Below, piece by piece: positions 11,230 through 23,494 of a stretch of 64,000 bases of DNA. A model generated the notes under the pieces. It saw only the letters and a list, made by a program, of their open reading frames with translations, made no database searches and was not told where the DNA came from. Both the position numbers and the translations under genes were made by a program. Numbering within the stretch: the first letter of the stretch is position 1; each line of letters starts with the position of its first letter. This stretch comes from Rebecca billardiae RCC1528 (lineage: Eukaryota > Protista > Haptophyta), in contig OZ251227.1 in the NCBI GenBank assembly GCA_965240325.2, forward strand, positions 2,976,001 to 3,040,000, in the 5' to 3' direction.

Positions 11230-13351
11230 GGCCCGCGGTGCACCCTCCGTCGGCTGCTGTCTCAGTCGGACATGTGTAACAGTTCGTTTGCCTCGGAGCT
11301 GCCACCGCCACAACTCAGTTACCGCCCACCGGGCCGGCGGGCCGAGGACTGTCGCCGGCGGGCCGCCGCGCGGGGAAGCGGCCGCCGCGGGGCGGCGCGC
11401 GCGCGCAGGCAGGGCGATAGGCGCCGCGCGGCGCGGGCCAGCGCGTGCGCGCGTGCGGGCGCACAGTCTGCTTGACGTGCTCGCGCGGCGCCATGCGCTC
11501 GACGACGGGCCGCTGGTCGCTCACTCAGCCGGCGCACCTCGTGCCGGCAGACGGAGCGAGAGCGCGCGCCGCGCAGTGCTGCCCCGGCCTGCGCTGCCGG
11601 CAGCCGCGCACCGAGACCGAGCGGAGCTCGGGGTGGAACGAGGCGAGCGGCGCGTCGCGCCTGCCGCCGCGCGTGCGCGCCTGCTCCACCGCGCCGCCGT
11701 GCTCGCCCGCCGCCTCCTCCGCCGCGTCGGCCTCGAAGACGGCTGCGGCGGCCCGAGCCAGCGGCACGGGCTGAGCCCGTGCGCGCTGGCGCCCGGCGCT
11801 GATCGCCTCGACGGCCGTCTACTCCACAGCTGGCTGCTCGAGCTGCTGCACGGGGCGTCGCGACGAGGGCGCCACGCGCGCCCAGCGCGTCCGTCTCCGC
11901 GTCGCGCAGCGCGTCGAGCTCGGCGCCGCGCTTCGCCAGCTCGGCGCCCAGCGCCTCCGCACTCGCAGTTGGCATGCGCGAGCGTGCTCAAGCTGCTCGC
12001 GTGTGCCGCGTGTGCACTGGGCGCGGTGGCGGGTGCGCTGTGCGCCGCCGACACGTCCGCAGCGCGCGCCGCGCTCGGCGCCGCGCTCGGCGCGCTGCAC
12101 GCCGCGGGCGCGGGCGGGCGCGCGGCGGCGTGGGCACGAGGGCTGTCCGTGCTGTGCGCGGAGCTCGGCGCCGCCGGCGCGGGCGCGTGCCACGCGGCGC
12201 TGCTCGAGCTGCCGGCGGGTGCGCAGCTGCGCGCGCTCGGCGGGCTGCTCGGCACCGCGCTGAGCGCCGCGCGCCCGCCCGCCGGCGCCACGCCGGCCGG
12301 CGCGCTCTGGCGCCGTCGCGCTGTTCCGCGAGCACCTGCGCGGCGCCGCGCTGGCGGAGGCGCTGGCGCACGGCGGCGGCGCGGACGACGAGGAGGATGA
12401 GGAGACGATGAAGATGAGCAGGGCGAGGGCGGCGGACCGTGGGCCGGCACGCCACACGTCTACCGATGATGCTCGGGCGCCGAACGAAGGCCAGCGCCAG
12501 AACGCATATGCCTGCGGGTTGAAGGCCAAAGCTCCTTTCGCCCGCTCGAAAGTGAAGGTTGTCTCGTTTGCTGTGTGCTGATTGGTGGTCGTCTTTCTAT
12601 GGGTCGTAACCAAGCCGCTGCGTTTTTGTCAATAGCAAAGTTGGCATGGGCGAAGAGCAAACATCATAGTAAATGCGTGAGTGATTCTCGGTTTTCGAGT
12701 CTCTCCGCTCGCTGCGCGCTGATTGGTCGTTGTGCAGCTAACCCAAGGTTTTTAGTACACAGGTTGGTAGGAGTTGTGTTGTGTCGATATGGAATTGTGG
12801 ACATAGAATGCTGAGCGTTTGACCAATCAACGTCTCGGGAAAAAGGACGAAACATGACTCACACGTGTGAGTACTCCCGATCTCCGGGAGATATGGCCAT
12901 TTCCGCCCACTGGGGTCATTCAGGTGTAAAGTTGAGTAATTTGGCACCGCGCAATAAAGGTTCGTCGTTAGTAAAGTTGAGTACTTGACGAAGACTTTTT
13001 GCCAGGAGCCCAGGACCTCCAGCGCACGCGCTGGGTCCTCGTCCTATTTGGCAATATGCTATGAAGATTTACAACAAATCGCAGATTCGTTCACCCAGAT
13101 ATACTGACAAATGCACGTCCGTCCATCGACATATGCGAAATGGCCCGGGCGCGGCTATTTCGTCAATCGCGTCTTGCTAATGCAGAGCAATGGGCGAATG
13201 TACCCCTCGAAAAAGCGAAAACTCACCCTCCAACAGCCCTCAAAATCGTCCCCCGTCCCCTTTTCTTTGATCAAAAGATCTGCTTTTTGACAACGTAGTG
13301 AGGGCCCCCGGCGGGGCTCCACGCTACGCGCTCCGCCCTGCACCGCGGGCC
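11230..13351. mobile_element. Possible ~2.1-kb TIR element carrying degenerate GC-rich coding-like fragments
   Basis: 13-bp perfect inverted repeat GGCCCGCGGTGCA (11230-11242) / TGCACCGCGGGCC (13339-13351), with TTA near both ends. The interior is a GC-rich, frame-switching coding-like part (~11450-12450) plus an AT-richer part. Confidence 0.35.
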
Positions 13352-13723
13352 ATTATAAGTATATACCGCTCTGACAGTGACCGGAGTCCGGACTGGGGGG
13401 CGGGTGGACCGAAGCCGCGGCGGAGCCCATCGGATGTCAACCTTGGAGTACGGTCAGATAGACTCAGTCGTAAGGATCCGGTCGCGATGACTACTCAGAC
13501 TAATAACTACTGCCCTGTACAGTGATGAGCCGCCATATTATTATTTATTATAATAAGTCAATAACTACGACAGATCGACATGATGTCACTGATTACGTAT
13601 ATATATAAACGCTGGCAGGCAGCAGCATCCAGTGACCGGACTCGGGCGGGGGCGGTCAACCGAAGCCGGAGCCTCAGCTCTCTCTCTACTTCTAGTTAGC
13701 TATAGTCCGTCTAGCTCTCTCTC

Positions 13724-13724
<1 letters not shown>

Positions 13725-13798
<74 letters not shown>
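13725..13798. repeat. (TA)n microsatellite
   Basis: Direct reading. Confidence 0.95.
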
Positions 13799-14000
13799 GG
13801 GGTAAGTTCAAAGTAGATTCTAGAGATAGCTTATGAATCTCTCGTCTCATCTTTCGCCTCTTGCCCTAGTTTCGCCGAACCGCCTCGGGCTCGGGTCCGG
13901 CGGTGGCAGATGTCGAGCTGGGCGCGCCTGTGGGTGCGGTGGGAGTTGGTGTTGCAGTACTCGGCCTCGGGGGGCGGTGGCATACGGCCTGGCCGCCGCC

Positions 14001-15979
14001 TCACGGCTGATGCGCCATTGCGTTCGCACGAGGCGGCTGAGAGGCGTAGGCCTGCGGCGCGGCCGGGTTGTACGCGCCCGCCACCGCCGGTCCCGCCGGC
14101 GGGAGGCCCATGTCATCGCGCAGGAACTTCTCGGTGATCTCCGCGAAGCGCGCGTGCAGCTCGGGGTTGGTCGACTGCAGCTGGGCCGGGTCCTCCGCCC
14201 AGCAGACGAAGAGCGTGGTGACGCCCGAGGTGATCGTGCTGCTCACCAGGGCGGTGAAGGCGAAGGCGCAGAGCACCGCAAAGACGATCACGCCCACGTA
14301 CCCGGCGGTGAACGCGCTCACCTCGTCCTCGCTGAGCGTGCTGTCCTTGGACGGGCCGCCAATCATCGAGGGGTGCGCCACGAGCGCGACGAGGCCGCCC
14401 GAGAGCGCAGCGCCGACCATGAAGCCCAGGCCACTCGCCTGCGAGGTGAGGTTCATGTTGACGAGCGCGTCCAGGCCCTTGTGCTTCACCAGCTGCCAGG
14501 TTTCGCGCGCCGCCGACTTGAAGTCCAGCCCCTTGATCGCGACGTAGACGAAGGCCCAGTGGTTGAAGAGCTCGACCAGCGCCTCGATCCACGCCATGCA
14601 GCACGAGAGGCAGCACAGGATGAACATCGCGACGGCGCTGTCCGCCTGCCGGCGCGACGACTCGAGCATCTCGCGCAGCAGCTGCACGAGCGCCACCAGC
14701 AGCGAGCCCAGGCAGATCGAGCCAAACGACGTCGTCATCGCGCGCTTGAGCGACTGCACCGTGGGCGAGCCGCCCAGCCGGTCGGTCGCCATGTACCACG
14801 ACGCGACCACGCCCGAGACGGTCACGTGCACGACGTTGCTGATGACCTGCGCCGTCCTGCGCGGTGGCGAACGCGACGGGCGGGGCGGAGGGGCCGGGCG
14901 GGCGCGCCGCGGCGGCGCTCGGCTGAGCCCTACGCACCGAGCGGGCCGGAGCAGCGCGCGCGCGGGCCGGATCCGCCGCGCTGCGCGCAGCGGGCCATCC
15001 CGCCCGCGGCGGCACGCGGCACCCCCGCTGACCCAATCGGCCGCCCGCTGCCCGCACACAGCGCCTGAAGTCGCACACGGGGTCTTGGCGCGCGCGCGAG
15101 CGCGCACCAGTAGTTGGAGAGCATGAGGAAGAGCAGCAGCGCCTTGCCGCCCCCGGAGATGTCGTAGCCCTCGCGCTCCCTGCCGTACTTGTCCGTGTAC
15201 GTGGTGGCGTGCCCGCGCTTGATGAAGTGGTTCGCGCTCGCGCCGACCGCGAGCAGCCAGCCAAACAGCCAGACACTCGCGGGCACGGACGAGAGGAAGC
15301 TGGTGGCCACGGTGCCCGGGTAGCTGCGCGCGGGGGGAGGAGCGGGGCGGGGCGGGGTGGGCGGGCTGGCTGCTGAGCCGTGGCGAGCCGCGCGTCCGCC
15401 GTGCGCGCGCGCAGCGCACACGCAGCGCACGCACCGCTTGATCACGCCCGTGACCGTCTCGAGCGTGAGCGTGGCAAACTCGATGCGGTGGCGCTGGTAC
15501 ATGATGATCCAGCCGGCGTACACCGCGGTGATGAGGAAGACGAATGTGGTGCCGAGTGCCGCCGCGCTGCCCATGGCCAGCAGGAAGAGCGTCAGCAGCC
15601 CGAACATCACCGGGGCCGCGATGAGCGCCACCCAGATGAGCGTGCTCGCAAACTTCTGGATGATGATCACCCACACGAGCGCCCAGCCCAGGCCGGCGGA
15701 GAGGCCCATCACGATGAACGGGGCACAGCGGTGCATCACGTGATTCACCGTGCTCTTCGTCTCCGAGCTCATGCGCGGCTCGCTCTCCTCGGAGAGCGCA
15801 GCCGCCATATCGGCCATGAGCTCCGGCATGTACACGGCCGCGGCCGCGATCACACCGAGCAGGTGGAGGAGGAAGACGACGGCCCACTCGGCGTCCTTGT
15901 AGCGGCGTGGTGGCTTCGCGCCCGCCTCATCCTCCACCTGCGAGTAGCCGCGCTCCACCCCCACGACGGTCGGCTCCAT
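14001..15979 (-). CDS. Choline transporter-like (CTL/SLC44/PNS1 family) membrane protein, 3 exons
   Basis: Exons 15979-15435, 15323-15108, 14856-14001. Motifs YKDAEWAVVFLLH, RHRIEFA, YWTAQVISNVVHVTVSGVVASWY, SLKRAMTTSFGSICLGSLLVA, FNHWAFVYVAIKG..F..AA are typical of the family. Confidence 0.9.
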
Positions 15980-16576
15980 CCGGAGGAAAGGCTGCCTGAG
16001 ATGGCGGCGGAAGCTGTGGCGGCCGACGGGCTCGCGTGCGCGACCTTGAACCTGGCGGTGGAGGGCGGACAGGGCGGTGGCTCATCAGGAGGCGGCGATC
16101 ATTCTGTCTTCAATCTGGACCCTGGCGGTGGCCGGTGGAGATCGATCGAGACGCGCATCTGTTGTCCGCCGACGACACCTCACTCAGTCACTGTCACCTG
16201 TGTCTGTGACTGAATGGCCGCTAGTCACCCAGACGTCAGAATGGAGACAGTGACCGTCGGAGTTTGCGCCATGGCCGCAGTCTGCCGTTAGTATCGTAGG
16301 CTTGTCCCGGTCTGACACGGTCACGGAGACTGACGCGGACGGCGGCCCCTGGCACGGAACCTGCCCGTGGCCAGGGCGGCGCGCGGGTCCGGCGGCGGGC
16401 CGCGGGCCGGACCGGCGCGTGGCAGCGGTCCGACGGTCGTCGCAGCAGCCTCCACCCCGCGCCTCTGCACAGCCGCGAGCCGCCCGACCGCGCACCCCCG
16501 CCCCCACCAGCGCTCACGACGCGCGTGTCGAGCGCGCTGGCTGGCTGGGCGCGGCGCGCGCTCCTCCAGGGCTCGC

Positions 16577-19069
16577 TCACGGGCCGACGCGCAGGTCCCA
16601 CGTCTCCGAGTACTTGCGGCTGAAGCGGTCGATGTGCGGCTGGTCGTACCAGAAGTCGTAGTAGATGTGGCCCGGCGGGAAGGGCTGGCCGAAGTGGTCG
16701 TTGGCGACGTTCTTGGTGATGCAGCACCACAGCATCGGCGTGCGGTTTATCCGCGCCGCAAACGACGCCTGCTCGCGCGGGTCGTCGTAGCTGGCGCGCG
16801 CGCCGCGCGGGAGCGCGCGGCGGTGCGCGCGGCGCCGCGCGTTGGCCGCGCACACGCAGCGCACACGCAGCGCACACGCAGCGCGAGCGCGCGCGCGCGC
16901 ACCCAGCGACGACGTCGAGCGTGCTCGTGAGGTGCAGCACCTTCGCCGGGTGCTGCTTGAGCGCCTCCACGACCTGAGCCTGCGCGGGCGAGCGCGCGCG
17001 CGGCACGGGCGCGCGCGCGCGCGCGCCTGAGCTCGCCGCACGCGCGCGCACGGCCCCGCCCGGCGCCGGCTGAGGAGGCGCGTCGCGCGCGCACGGCCGG
17101 CCGTGGGCTCAGGGAATACAAACGATGGGTCCTCATGCCGCGCGCGCGCGTGCGCGCGCGTGACCTCGGCGAAGAACGCAGAGTTGCTTCATCGCCCCCG
17201 CCGTGGGCGCGTGCGCGGCGGGCGCGCTCCTCCGCGCGCGGCGGCGCGCGCTCTCGCGAGCGCGCGCGCGGCCGCGCGCGCGGCGCGCACCTGCTTCGCG
17301 CCCTTGGGCAGCGTGACCTTGGGCGCGGCGGTGGGCCCGGGCGCGGGCGCGCCGGGGGCGAAGGAGACGGTGGCGACGTCGTTCGGCGTGACGCTCGGCT
17401 TGACGCACGGGTGCTCGAGGAACGTGCTCGAGCGGTACTCGACCGCGTTGTTCTTGAGCTGCGTCATGTGCAGCACGTGGTCGAGCGGCGCCACGAACGG
17501 CCCCAGCTTGCGGAAGCCGGGCCACGCGCCGTTCATCGGGTACCACGTGTTGTCGAGGAGGACGGTGAAGTCGGGCATGATGAGCGTGCGCCCGAGCATC
17601 GCGGCGATCGCGAGCGCCTGGCGCAGCTGGCGCATCTGGTAGTGCACGAGCTCAAAGTGCATGAGCGTGCGGTTCTTGTGCGCGTCGCGCAGGTCGCCGC
17701 CCTCGCCGTACCGCGCGAGCAGCTTCTCGTCGTGCATCCACGCGGGCAGCTCCATCGGCGCCATGGAGAGCAGCCCGCCGCGCGGCGAGTAGTACTCCCC
17801 GTCGTCGAGGAACCACAGGTGCGCGTGGCGCAGCCGCTCGCGCTTGCCGTCGAGCCCCTGGTGCACCTGGTAGGTCGCGTGCACCGAGATCGCGTCGAGA
17901 TTGTTCTTCTGCGGCAGCCGCTCCACAAAGTAAATGTACCCGCCGGCGAAGAGGTCCATGGGCAGCAGGCCGATGTTGACCGTGCCGTTGTAGCAGTTGG
18001 CGAGCTCGGGGTGCTGCTTCGACGGCTCGCAGCGCGAGTAGTCGCGCACGATCTTGACGAAGAACGTCTGCATCGACTTGGACATGTCCGCGTTGGCCAC
18101 GTCCGCCCAGTGGTTCATCATGCGCACCGTGTGCTCCGTCGAGCGCACAAACATCAGCCCGACGTTGAGGTCAGCGCGGTAGTGGCCGTAGACCTCGTAC
18201 ACGTTCTCGAGGCCGTTGGCCATCGGGTACGGCTTCTCGCGGATCAGCAGGTCCGTCGAGATCAGCACGCCCGCCGCGGGGTAGCGCTGCAGGAAGGGCA
18301 GCGGGTCGCGCACAAACGTCACGTCCGCGTCCGTGAACAGCACGTCGAAGCCGAGCTCGACCACGCCCTGCACCAGCCGGATCTTGTACCGGTTGGCGGA
18401 GTGCCACGTGGTGCCCGCGCGCATGCGGCCGAGCAGCACCGCCGGGATCCCCTCGAGCAGCGACAGCCGCTGCGCCTCCGCGTCCATCGCGCCGAGGAAG
18501 AGGTTGGTCACGCCGTGCGCCTGCAGCGACTTGGCCCAGTTGCGCGCCCACACCATGTACTTCTGGTCGGCGGCGGTGGTGATGAGCGCGTTGCCGATGG
18601 CGTAGCGCTTGCAGAACGAGACCGTGAGCGCAGGCACGTGCTCGCTCGCGCGATCGCCGGGCGCGAGCGGCGCGTCCTCCGCCTGGCCCGGCACCTCTGT
18701 GATCGGGATCGGCGCGCTGGCGCCCGACATCAGGCACGACGCGCTCGGGGAGCTGGAGGCGGCCGCGCTCGCGGAGTGGCCCGTCGCGGGCGAGGCGGCT
18801 CCGGCAGCACCCAGCATGGCGCCCCCACTCGCAGACGCGCCCGCACCACCCGGCCCGGAGAGCTGCCGCCCCGCGCCCCACGTGTGATTGAGCTGCCGGA
18901 AGTGGATCGGCGAGCGGTGCGTGGGCGCGGGCTCGCGGTGCGCGCTGCTCTGCAGGATGAAGACGCAGTACACCACGCCCAGCATGGCCATCGCCAGCCG
19001 AATCGCGCCGATCGAGCACACACCCGACCCGCCCGCGCCCGGAGCACCGCGCCTGGGCGGCGGCGCCAT
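16577..19069 (-). CDS. Nucleotide-diphospho-sugar transferase (GT77), XEG113 arabinosyltransferase-like, type II membrane protein
   Basis: N-terminal TM anchor, GFDVLFTDADV..VRDP (DxD), LNVGLMF, LLPMDLFAGG, VHATYQ....GKRERLR, ALAIAAMLGRTLIMP, C-terminal WCC...PGHIYYD. Exons 19069-17291, 16979-16903, 16790-16577. Confidence 0.85.
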
Positions 19070-19205
19070 GGTCGGCGCTCGCAAGCCGCGGCTTGGCCCG
19101 CCGCGTCTCAAAGCAGTTGGGCCGGACCCCAACCTGAAAGGCAAAGCGCAGAGTCCGGACGTGTCCACCGGGCAGATGGCATCTTCTCGAGCACGAGCTC
19201 CAGCA

Positions 19206-19555
19206 ATGGCGACGCGCTACAGGTCGAAGGTGCTCTCGCACATCTTTGAGAACTGCAAAGTGGCCGCGTACGTGTTGCTGCCCGTGGCCACGGTCTACGC
19301 TCTGTCACAGCCTGAGACGATGGAGCAGATCGTGCGAAACGTGAGCGCGCTCGCGACTGCTGCGTGCACCACCCCTGTGCGCGTGCTGACTGCATGCGGC
19401 CACCTTCGCGCGCTCTGCCCCCATCGCACTTGTGCCACCAGCGCATGTACGTGCTGTACCCACCCGAGGGGGGCAGACCACCGACGACGCTCAATGAAGT
19501 GCGCGAGCACGCATCCCGCATGCGCGCTGACGACAACGCGCCTTCACGCACATGA
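19206..19555 (+). CDS. Small PET100-like mitochondrial membrane protein (plant-type), 2 exons
   Basis: MATRYRSKVLSHIFENCKVAAYVLLPVATVYALSQPETMEQIVRN, GT-AG intron 19341-19441, then RMYVLYPPEGGRPPTTLNEVRE. The E..K.A.YV..P and YV.YPPEG.RPP motifs resemble the plant PET100-like family. Confidence 0.7.
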
Positions 19556-20210
19556 GGGACACTCAACGTCGCGCGTGAAGGCCGACTCTCTGCCGTCGCG
19601 CCGGAAAGCTCGCACGTGGCCACGATCCCGAGCCATCATTGTACAGTTTGACATGAATAAGAGACGCACACAGGGTTCGCAGCTCCGCCACACGGCCCAC
19701 TCGCACTCGCATCAGCCGCAGGTACCCTTCAATCGCTCCGATGGCGATGGACTGTCACAGGCATCACACGCGACAGAGTCAGAGGCAGAGCCGCGCTGCT
19801 GAGTCTGATTGCAATTTATAAGTGCATTTTTTTCGCATCAAGTGTCGTGCCGGCGGCGCCGCCCTTGAACAATGATACATTATTATGATGATTCGTTCCG
19901 ATTTTCATTATAGGCGGATCCGTCGGCGGGCGCGGATGCATGATATCGGCATGCGTTATTACCAGCATCACGCGTCGGCGAGTGATCGCGTCGGCGCTTG
20001 TAGTCATTATATATTAGGAACGGCTGTCAGCTGATTAGACTACTGCTGCTAAATACGTAGTAGTCGCGCGATGACGACTAGCTGCGTATATTGATGCGCA
20101 GTCATCGTAGTGGCGGACCAACGCTTACCGTACGACGCTTCAAACGTTGTCGTCATCGCGTCGCGCGTCGCATGATGATGCATGATTATTGATTCGCCGT
20201 GTCGTCGTCG

Positions 20211-23117
20211 TCAAGTTTCGCTGCTACTGCTGGCGGAGCTGCTGGGACCTGATCCGGCGGCTGCTGCGCGCATCTCCGGCGCCGTGCAGCCAGTGTCCAT
20301 TTTCGCTGCCGCGGCGGCGAGGAGCACCTCCTCGAGCACGGCCGCGCGCGCGCGCAGCTGCTCGACCAATGCGCGCGCCGCGCGGCCCGCCGCGGCGACG
20401 GCATCGCCCACGGGCGCGTGCACGTGCGCGGCGAGCAGTGCGCGCAGCCGCGCGTGCTCTGACTGGCGCGCGAGGAAGGACATGAGCTCGGCGCGCGAGC
20501 AGTGCGCGCCGAGCGCGAAGAGCTCGCGCTCGAGGCACGCGCGCACGGGCGCGAGCTTGGCCCACTCCTCCTGCTCGTGCACGTCCGCGGCCGCGCGGGC
20601 GTGCGTGCACGCGCCGTCCGCGGCCTCGCGCACGCGCTGCGCCGCGCCGCGCAACGCGCGCGTCGCGCCGAGCCGCGCGCCATGGCCGTGCGCGTCGGCC
20701 GCGTGGAGCATCGCGGCGAGCGGAACCTCGCACGCGCGCTCGACCTCGCCCGGCTCCGCGGCGCCAGCGCCCATCGCCGCGCGCGTGCACTCGCCCAGCC
20801 CTTGCAGCGCGCGCTCCGCGTGCGCCGCGAACGCGCCGAGCGCCGCGTCCGCGCGCGCGCCCGGCTCGTGCTCGCGCGCGCGCGCGTCCGCGGGGCCGTC
20901 CTCCGCGCCCTCGGGCTCGTGGTGCGCCCACGTGGCGGCGCGCGCGGCGCGGTGCAGCCAGCGCCGCCCGCTGCCCGGCATCTCGGCGCCGCTCTCGGCC
21001 CACGCCGCCGTGAGCGCGCCGACGGCGGCGCGCAGCTGCGAGCGCGCCTCGCCCAGCCGCGCCTCGCGCGCGCCGTGCGCGCCGAGCGCGCGCTCGTGCA
21101 GCGCCATCGCCCAGCGCAGCACCGCGCCGTGCGCCGCCGCCTCCCACGCGTCGGCGAGCTCGCGCGCGGCGGCCTCGAGCGCGCGCACGCCCGCGGCGGG
21201 CTCGCCCCCCTCGTCGCACGGCGCGGCGGCGTGCGCGCGCGCGCCCGCCGCGCCGCCCGCGAGCGCGCCGCCGCTGCGCGCCGCGGCCAAGAGGTCGGTG
21301 ATGGAGCCAAGGCTGCGGCCGCGCGCGTGCCCCGGCGCGACGGCGAGCTGGGGCGGGGGCTCGACGGGCGGCGTCGACGGCGGGCGCGGCTGCGCGACGG
21401 TGCTCTCAGCCGAGTGCCACCGCGCGACGGCCGTCGGCGGCACGGCCGCGCGCTCCGCGAGCGCCAGCCACGCGCGCCGCGCGAGCAGCGGCGGCGGCGG
21501 CGACGCGCCGCGCGCCGCGCCGGCCGGAGGCAGGACGGCCGCCGCGAGCGTGCTGAGCAGCCGCTCCAGCCCAGCGGACGCGGAGCGCACGGAGGGCAGC
21601 GCTCCGCCGGCATTGGGCGCGCCCGGCGGTGCGCGCCGTGCCAGCTGCTCGTCGGCGTAGCTCGCCCACATCTGCGTCTGCGCGAGCGCGGCGGCGAGCT
21701 CGGCGCCGCCCTCGTGCGCCGCCGCGCCCGGCGCCGCCGGGAGGCCGGCGCCGCGGCGCGCGCCGTGCGCGCGCTCTGCCCTGCGCACGAGCTGCGAGAC
21801 GGCGGCGCGCGCGGCGGCGGCGAGCGCGGCGCCCGCGCCAGCACGCTCGCGCGCCTCTCCGCCCGCGCACACGCCCTCGAGCAGCACGCGCAACGCGCCC
21901 GCCCGCGCGTCGTCGAGCGCATCCGAGCGGCCGCACTCGGCGAGTGGCTCTGCGCGAGAGGCGGCGAGCTGCGCGCTCGCGGCCGCCAGCCGCGCGCGCG
22001 TCTGCGCGTCGAAGCGCGCGGGCGGCGCGTGGCCCCGGAGCGCCGGCCTGCCATCCCCGCGCAGGTCCCACGCCGCGAGCCCCGAGCCCACCTCGCCGCG
22101 CGCGCCATCGGGCGGCAGCACCGCCTCCACCGCGCCGTCGAAGCAGCCGCCGAGCACGCCGACGATCGCCGGCACCGGTGCCTCGACCACGTCCACCAGC
22201 CCGTGCGGCAGCAGCGGGATGAACGCGCCCTGCCAGCTGAGCGGGGCGAGGAGGCCGAGCAGCGCCTCCGCCGCGGCGCAGAGGACGGAGGCGGACTCGC
22301 TCACGAGCACGATGGTGTGCTCGCACAGCGCCAGCTCGAGCAGCTGCGGCAGCAGCGCGCCCCACGCCTCGGCGCCCAGCCCTAGCGGCCGCAGCGCGCG
22401 CACGTCCCACGCGAGAGGGCCGCTGCCGGCGGGCGGCGCGCGCACCTCGAGCACGCCGCTCTCGCCCACGCGCACGCGCACCGGCGTGCCGTCCGTCGGC
22501 AGCGGCACCTCGGGCGGCAGCACACCCAGCCCCTCCTGCCGCACCGTGCGCATCAGGAAGTGCTCGACCGCGACGCCCTCCGTGTGCTCCGACGCGCCCA
22601 CCGCCTCGGCCTCGGCCTCGGCCTCGCCAGAGCGCTGCCGCGCGACCTCGTGCCGCGCGCGCCGCGCGCGCCGCCGGTCGCCACGCCGCGGCGACGCAGA
22701 CTCGCACAGCGAGGCGCGAAGCAGCTCGGCGTGCACCGCCTCGAGGTAGCCCACGAGCCCGGCCGAGACGTGCCGACTGATCACGCACACGACGCGCTCC
22801 GCCCACGCGCGCTCCGCCTGCAGGTTGGTCGCCATGCCGAGCGGCTCGTGCACGCGCAGGCAGTACACGTACAGCTTCGCGTCCGTGGTCGAGAGGATCG
22901 CCATGTACAGCGCAGGCGGCGGCGGCAGCGTGCTGCGCGCGAACGACACGCCGCGCGGCAGAGCAAACAGCTCGAGGCCGCGCGGCAGAGGGAGCGTGCT
23001 CGCCGGTGCGTCGCCGGCCACTGACGACGGGCCGGGGTACGCGCTCAGGACGACGGCAGGGCCGTCGATCGCACGCGAGCCGACCACGGCAATGTGCTCC
23101 GCCAAGGGGGTGAACAT
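20211..23117 (-). CDS. DENN domain protein (Rab GEF-like), 968 aa
   Basis: uDENN LELFALPRG, LYVYCLRVHE, VCVISR; cDENN LCEHTIVLVS..SVLCAAAEALLGLLAPLSWQGAFIPLLP..LVDVVEAPVPAIVGV; dDENN-like LAQTQMWASY. Confidence 0.85.
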   Translation of the reverse strand: MFTPLAEHIAVVGSRAIDGPAVVLSAYPGPSSVAGDAPASTLPLPRGLELFALPRGVSFARSTLPPPPALYMAILSTTDAKLYVYCLRVHEPLGMATNLQAERAWAERVVCVISRHVSAGLVGYLEAVHAELLRASLCESASPRRGDRRRARRARHEVARQRSGEAEAEAEAVGASEHTEGVAVEHFLMRTVRQEGLGVLPPEVPLPTDGTPVRVRVGESGVLEVRAPPAGSGPLAWDVRALRPLGLGAEAWGALLPQLLELALCEHTIVLVSESASVLCAAAEALLGLLAPLSWQGAFIPLLPHGLVDVVEAPVPAIVGVLGGCFDGAVEAVLPPDGARGEVGSGLAAWDLRGDGRPALRGHAPPARFDAQTRARLAAASAQLAASRAEPLAECGRSDALDDARAGALRVLLEGVCAGGEARERAGAGAALAAAARAAVSQLVRRAERAHGARRGAGLPAAPGAAAHEGGAELAAALAQTQMWASYADEQLARRAPPGAPNAGGALPSVRSASAGLERLLSTLAAAVLPPAGAARGASPPPPLLARRAWLALAERAAVPPTAVARWHSAESTVAQPRPPSTPPVEPPPQLAVAPGHARGRSLGSITDLLAAARSGGALAGGAAGARAHAAAPCDEGGEPAAGVRALEAAARELADAWEAAAHGAVLRWAMALHERALGAHGAREARLGEARSQLRAAVGALTAAWAESGAEMPGSGRRWLHRAARAATWAHHEPEGAEDGPADARAREHEPGARADAALGAFAAHAERALQGLGECTRAAMGAGAAEPGEVERACEVPLAAMLHAADAHGHGARLGATRALRGAAQRVREAADGACTHARAAADVHEQEEWAKLAPVRACLERELFALGAHCSRAELMSFLARQSEHARLRALLAAHVHAPVGDAVAAAGRAARALVEQLRARAAVLEEVLLAAAAAKMDTGCTAPEMRAAAAGSGPSSSASSSSET

Positions 23118-23494
23118 GATCCTGGCACGGAGAGCGCGTGTGCCCTCACGGCGAGTGCGCGTGCCCTCGTGCCGGGGCCGCCGCCATCGCTTATGTCGAC
23201 GACGACGATGATCTCGATCTGTCTATTGCTGGCGGGAAAATATTTACAGAATATGCAAAAGTCAGTGTGCGGTCGCTTTTAAATTCCCCTTTAATTATAA
23301 CGGGCTCCGGGTGATCAGACTGGCGGCCGAAGCCTCCAGCCCTACCCTGGCCAGCCCCCAACCAACCACCACCCTCACCCAACCCCAAACCACTGACCGA
23401 GACACCTACAGTAGTGCCTTGCCCGCATCGTTGATCGTACATGATGACTAAGGTGTCCGGGGGCCGCGAGGCGCAGTGTATCATCCCCACCGGG

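Noticed and set aside
13375-13676. Pair of degenerate direct repeats (CAGTGACCGGA...ACCGAAGCCG)
   Set aside because: Short and diverged, with no LTR or TSD hallmarks; not enough to call an element.
17135-22806. Long antisense or alternative-frame ORFs (704, 640, 627, 492, 466 aa)
   Set aside because: Arg/Ala-rich shadows of real genes, caused by stop-codon scarcity at high GC.
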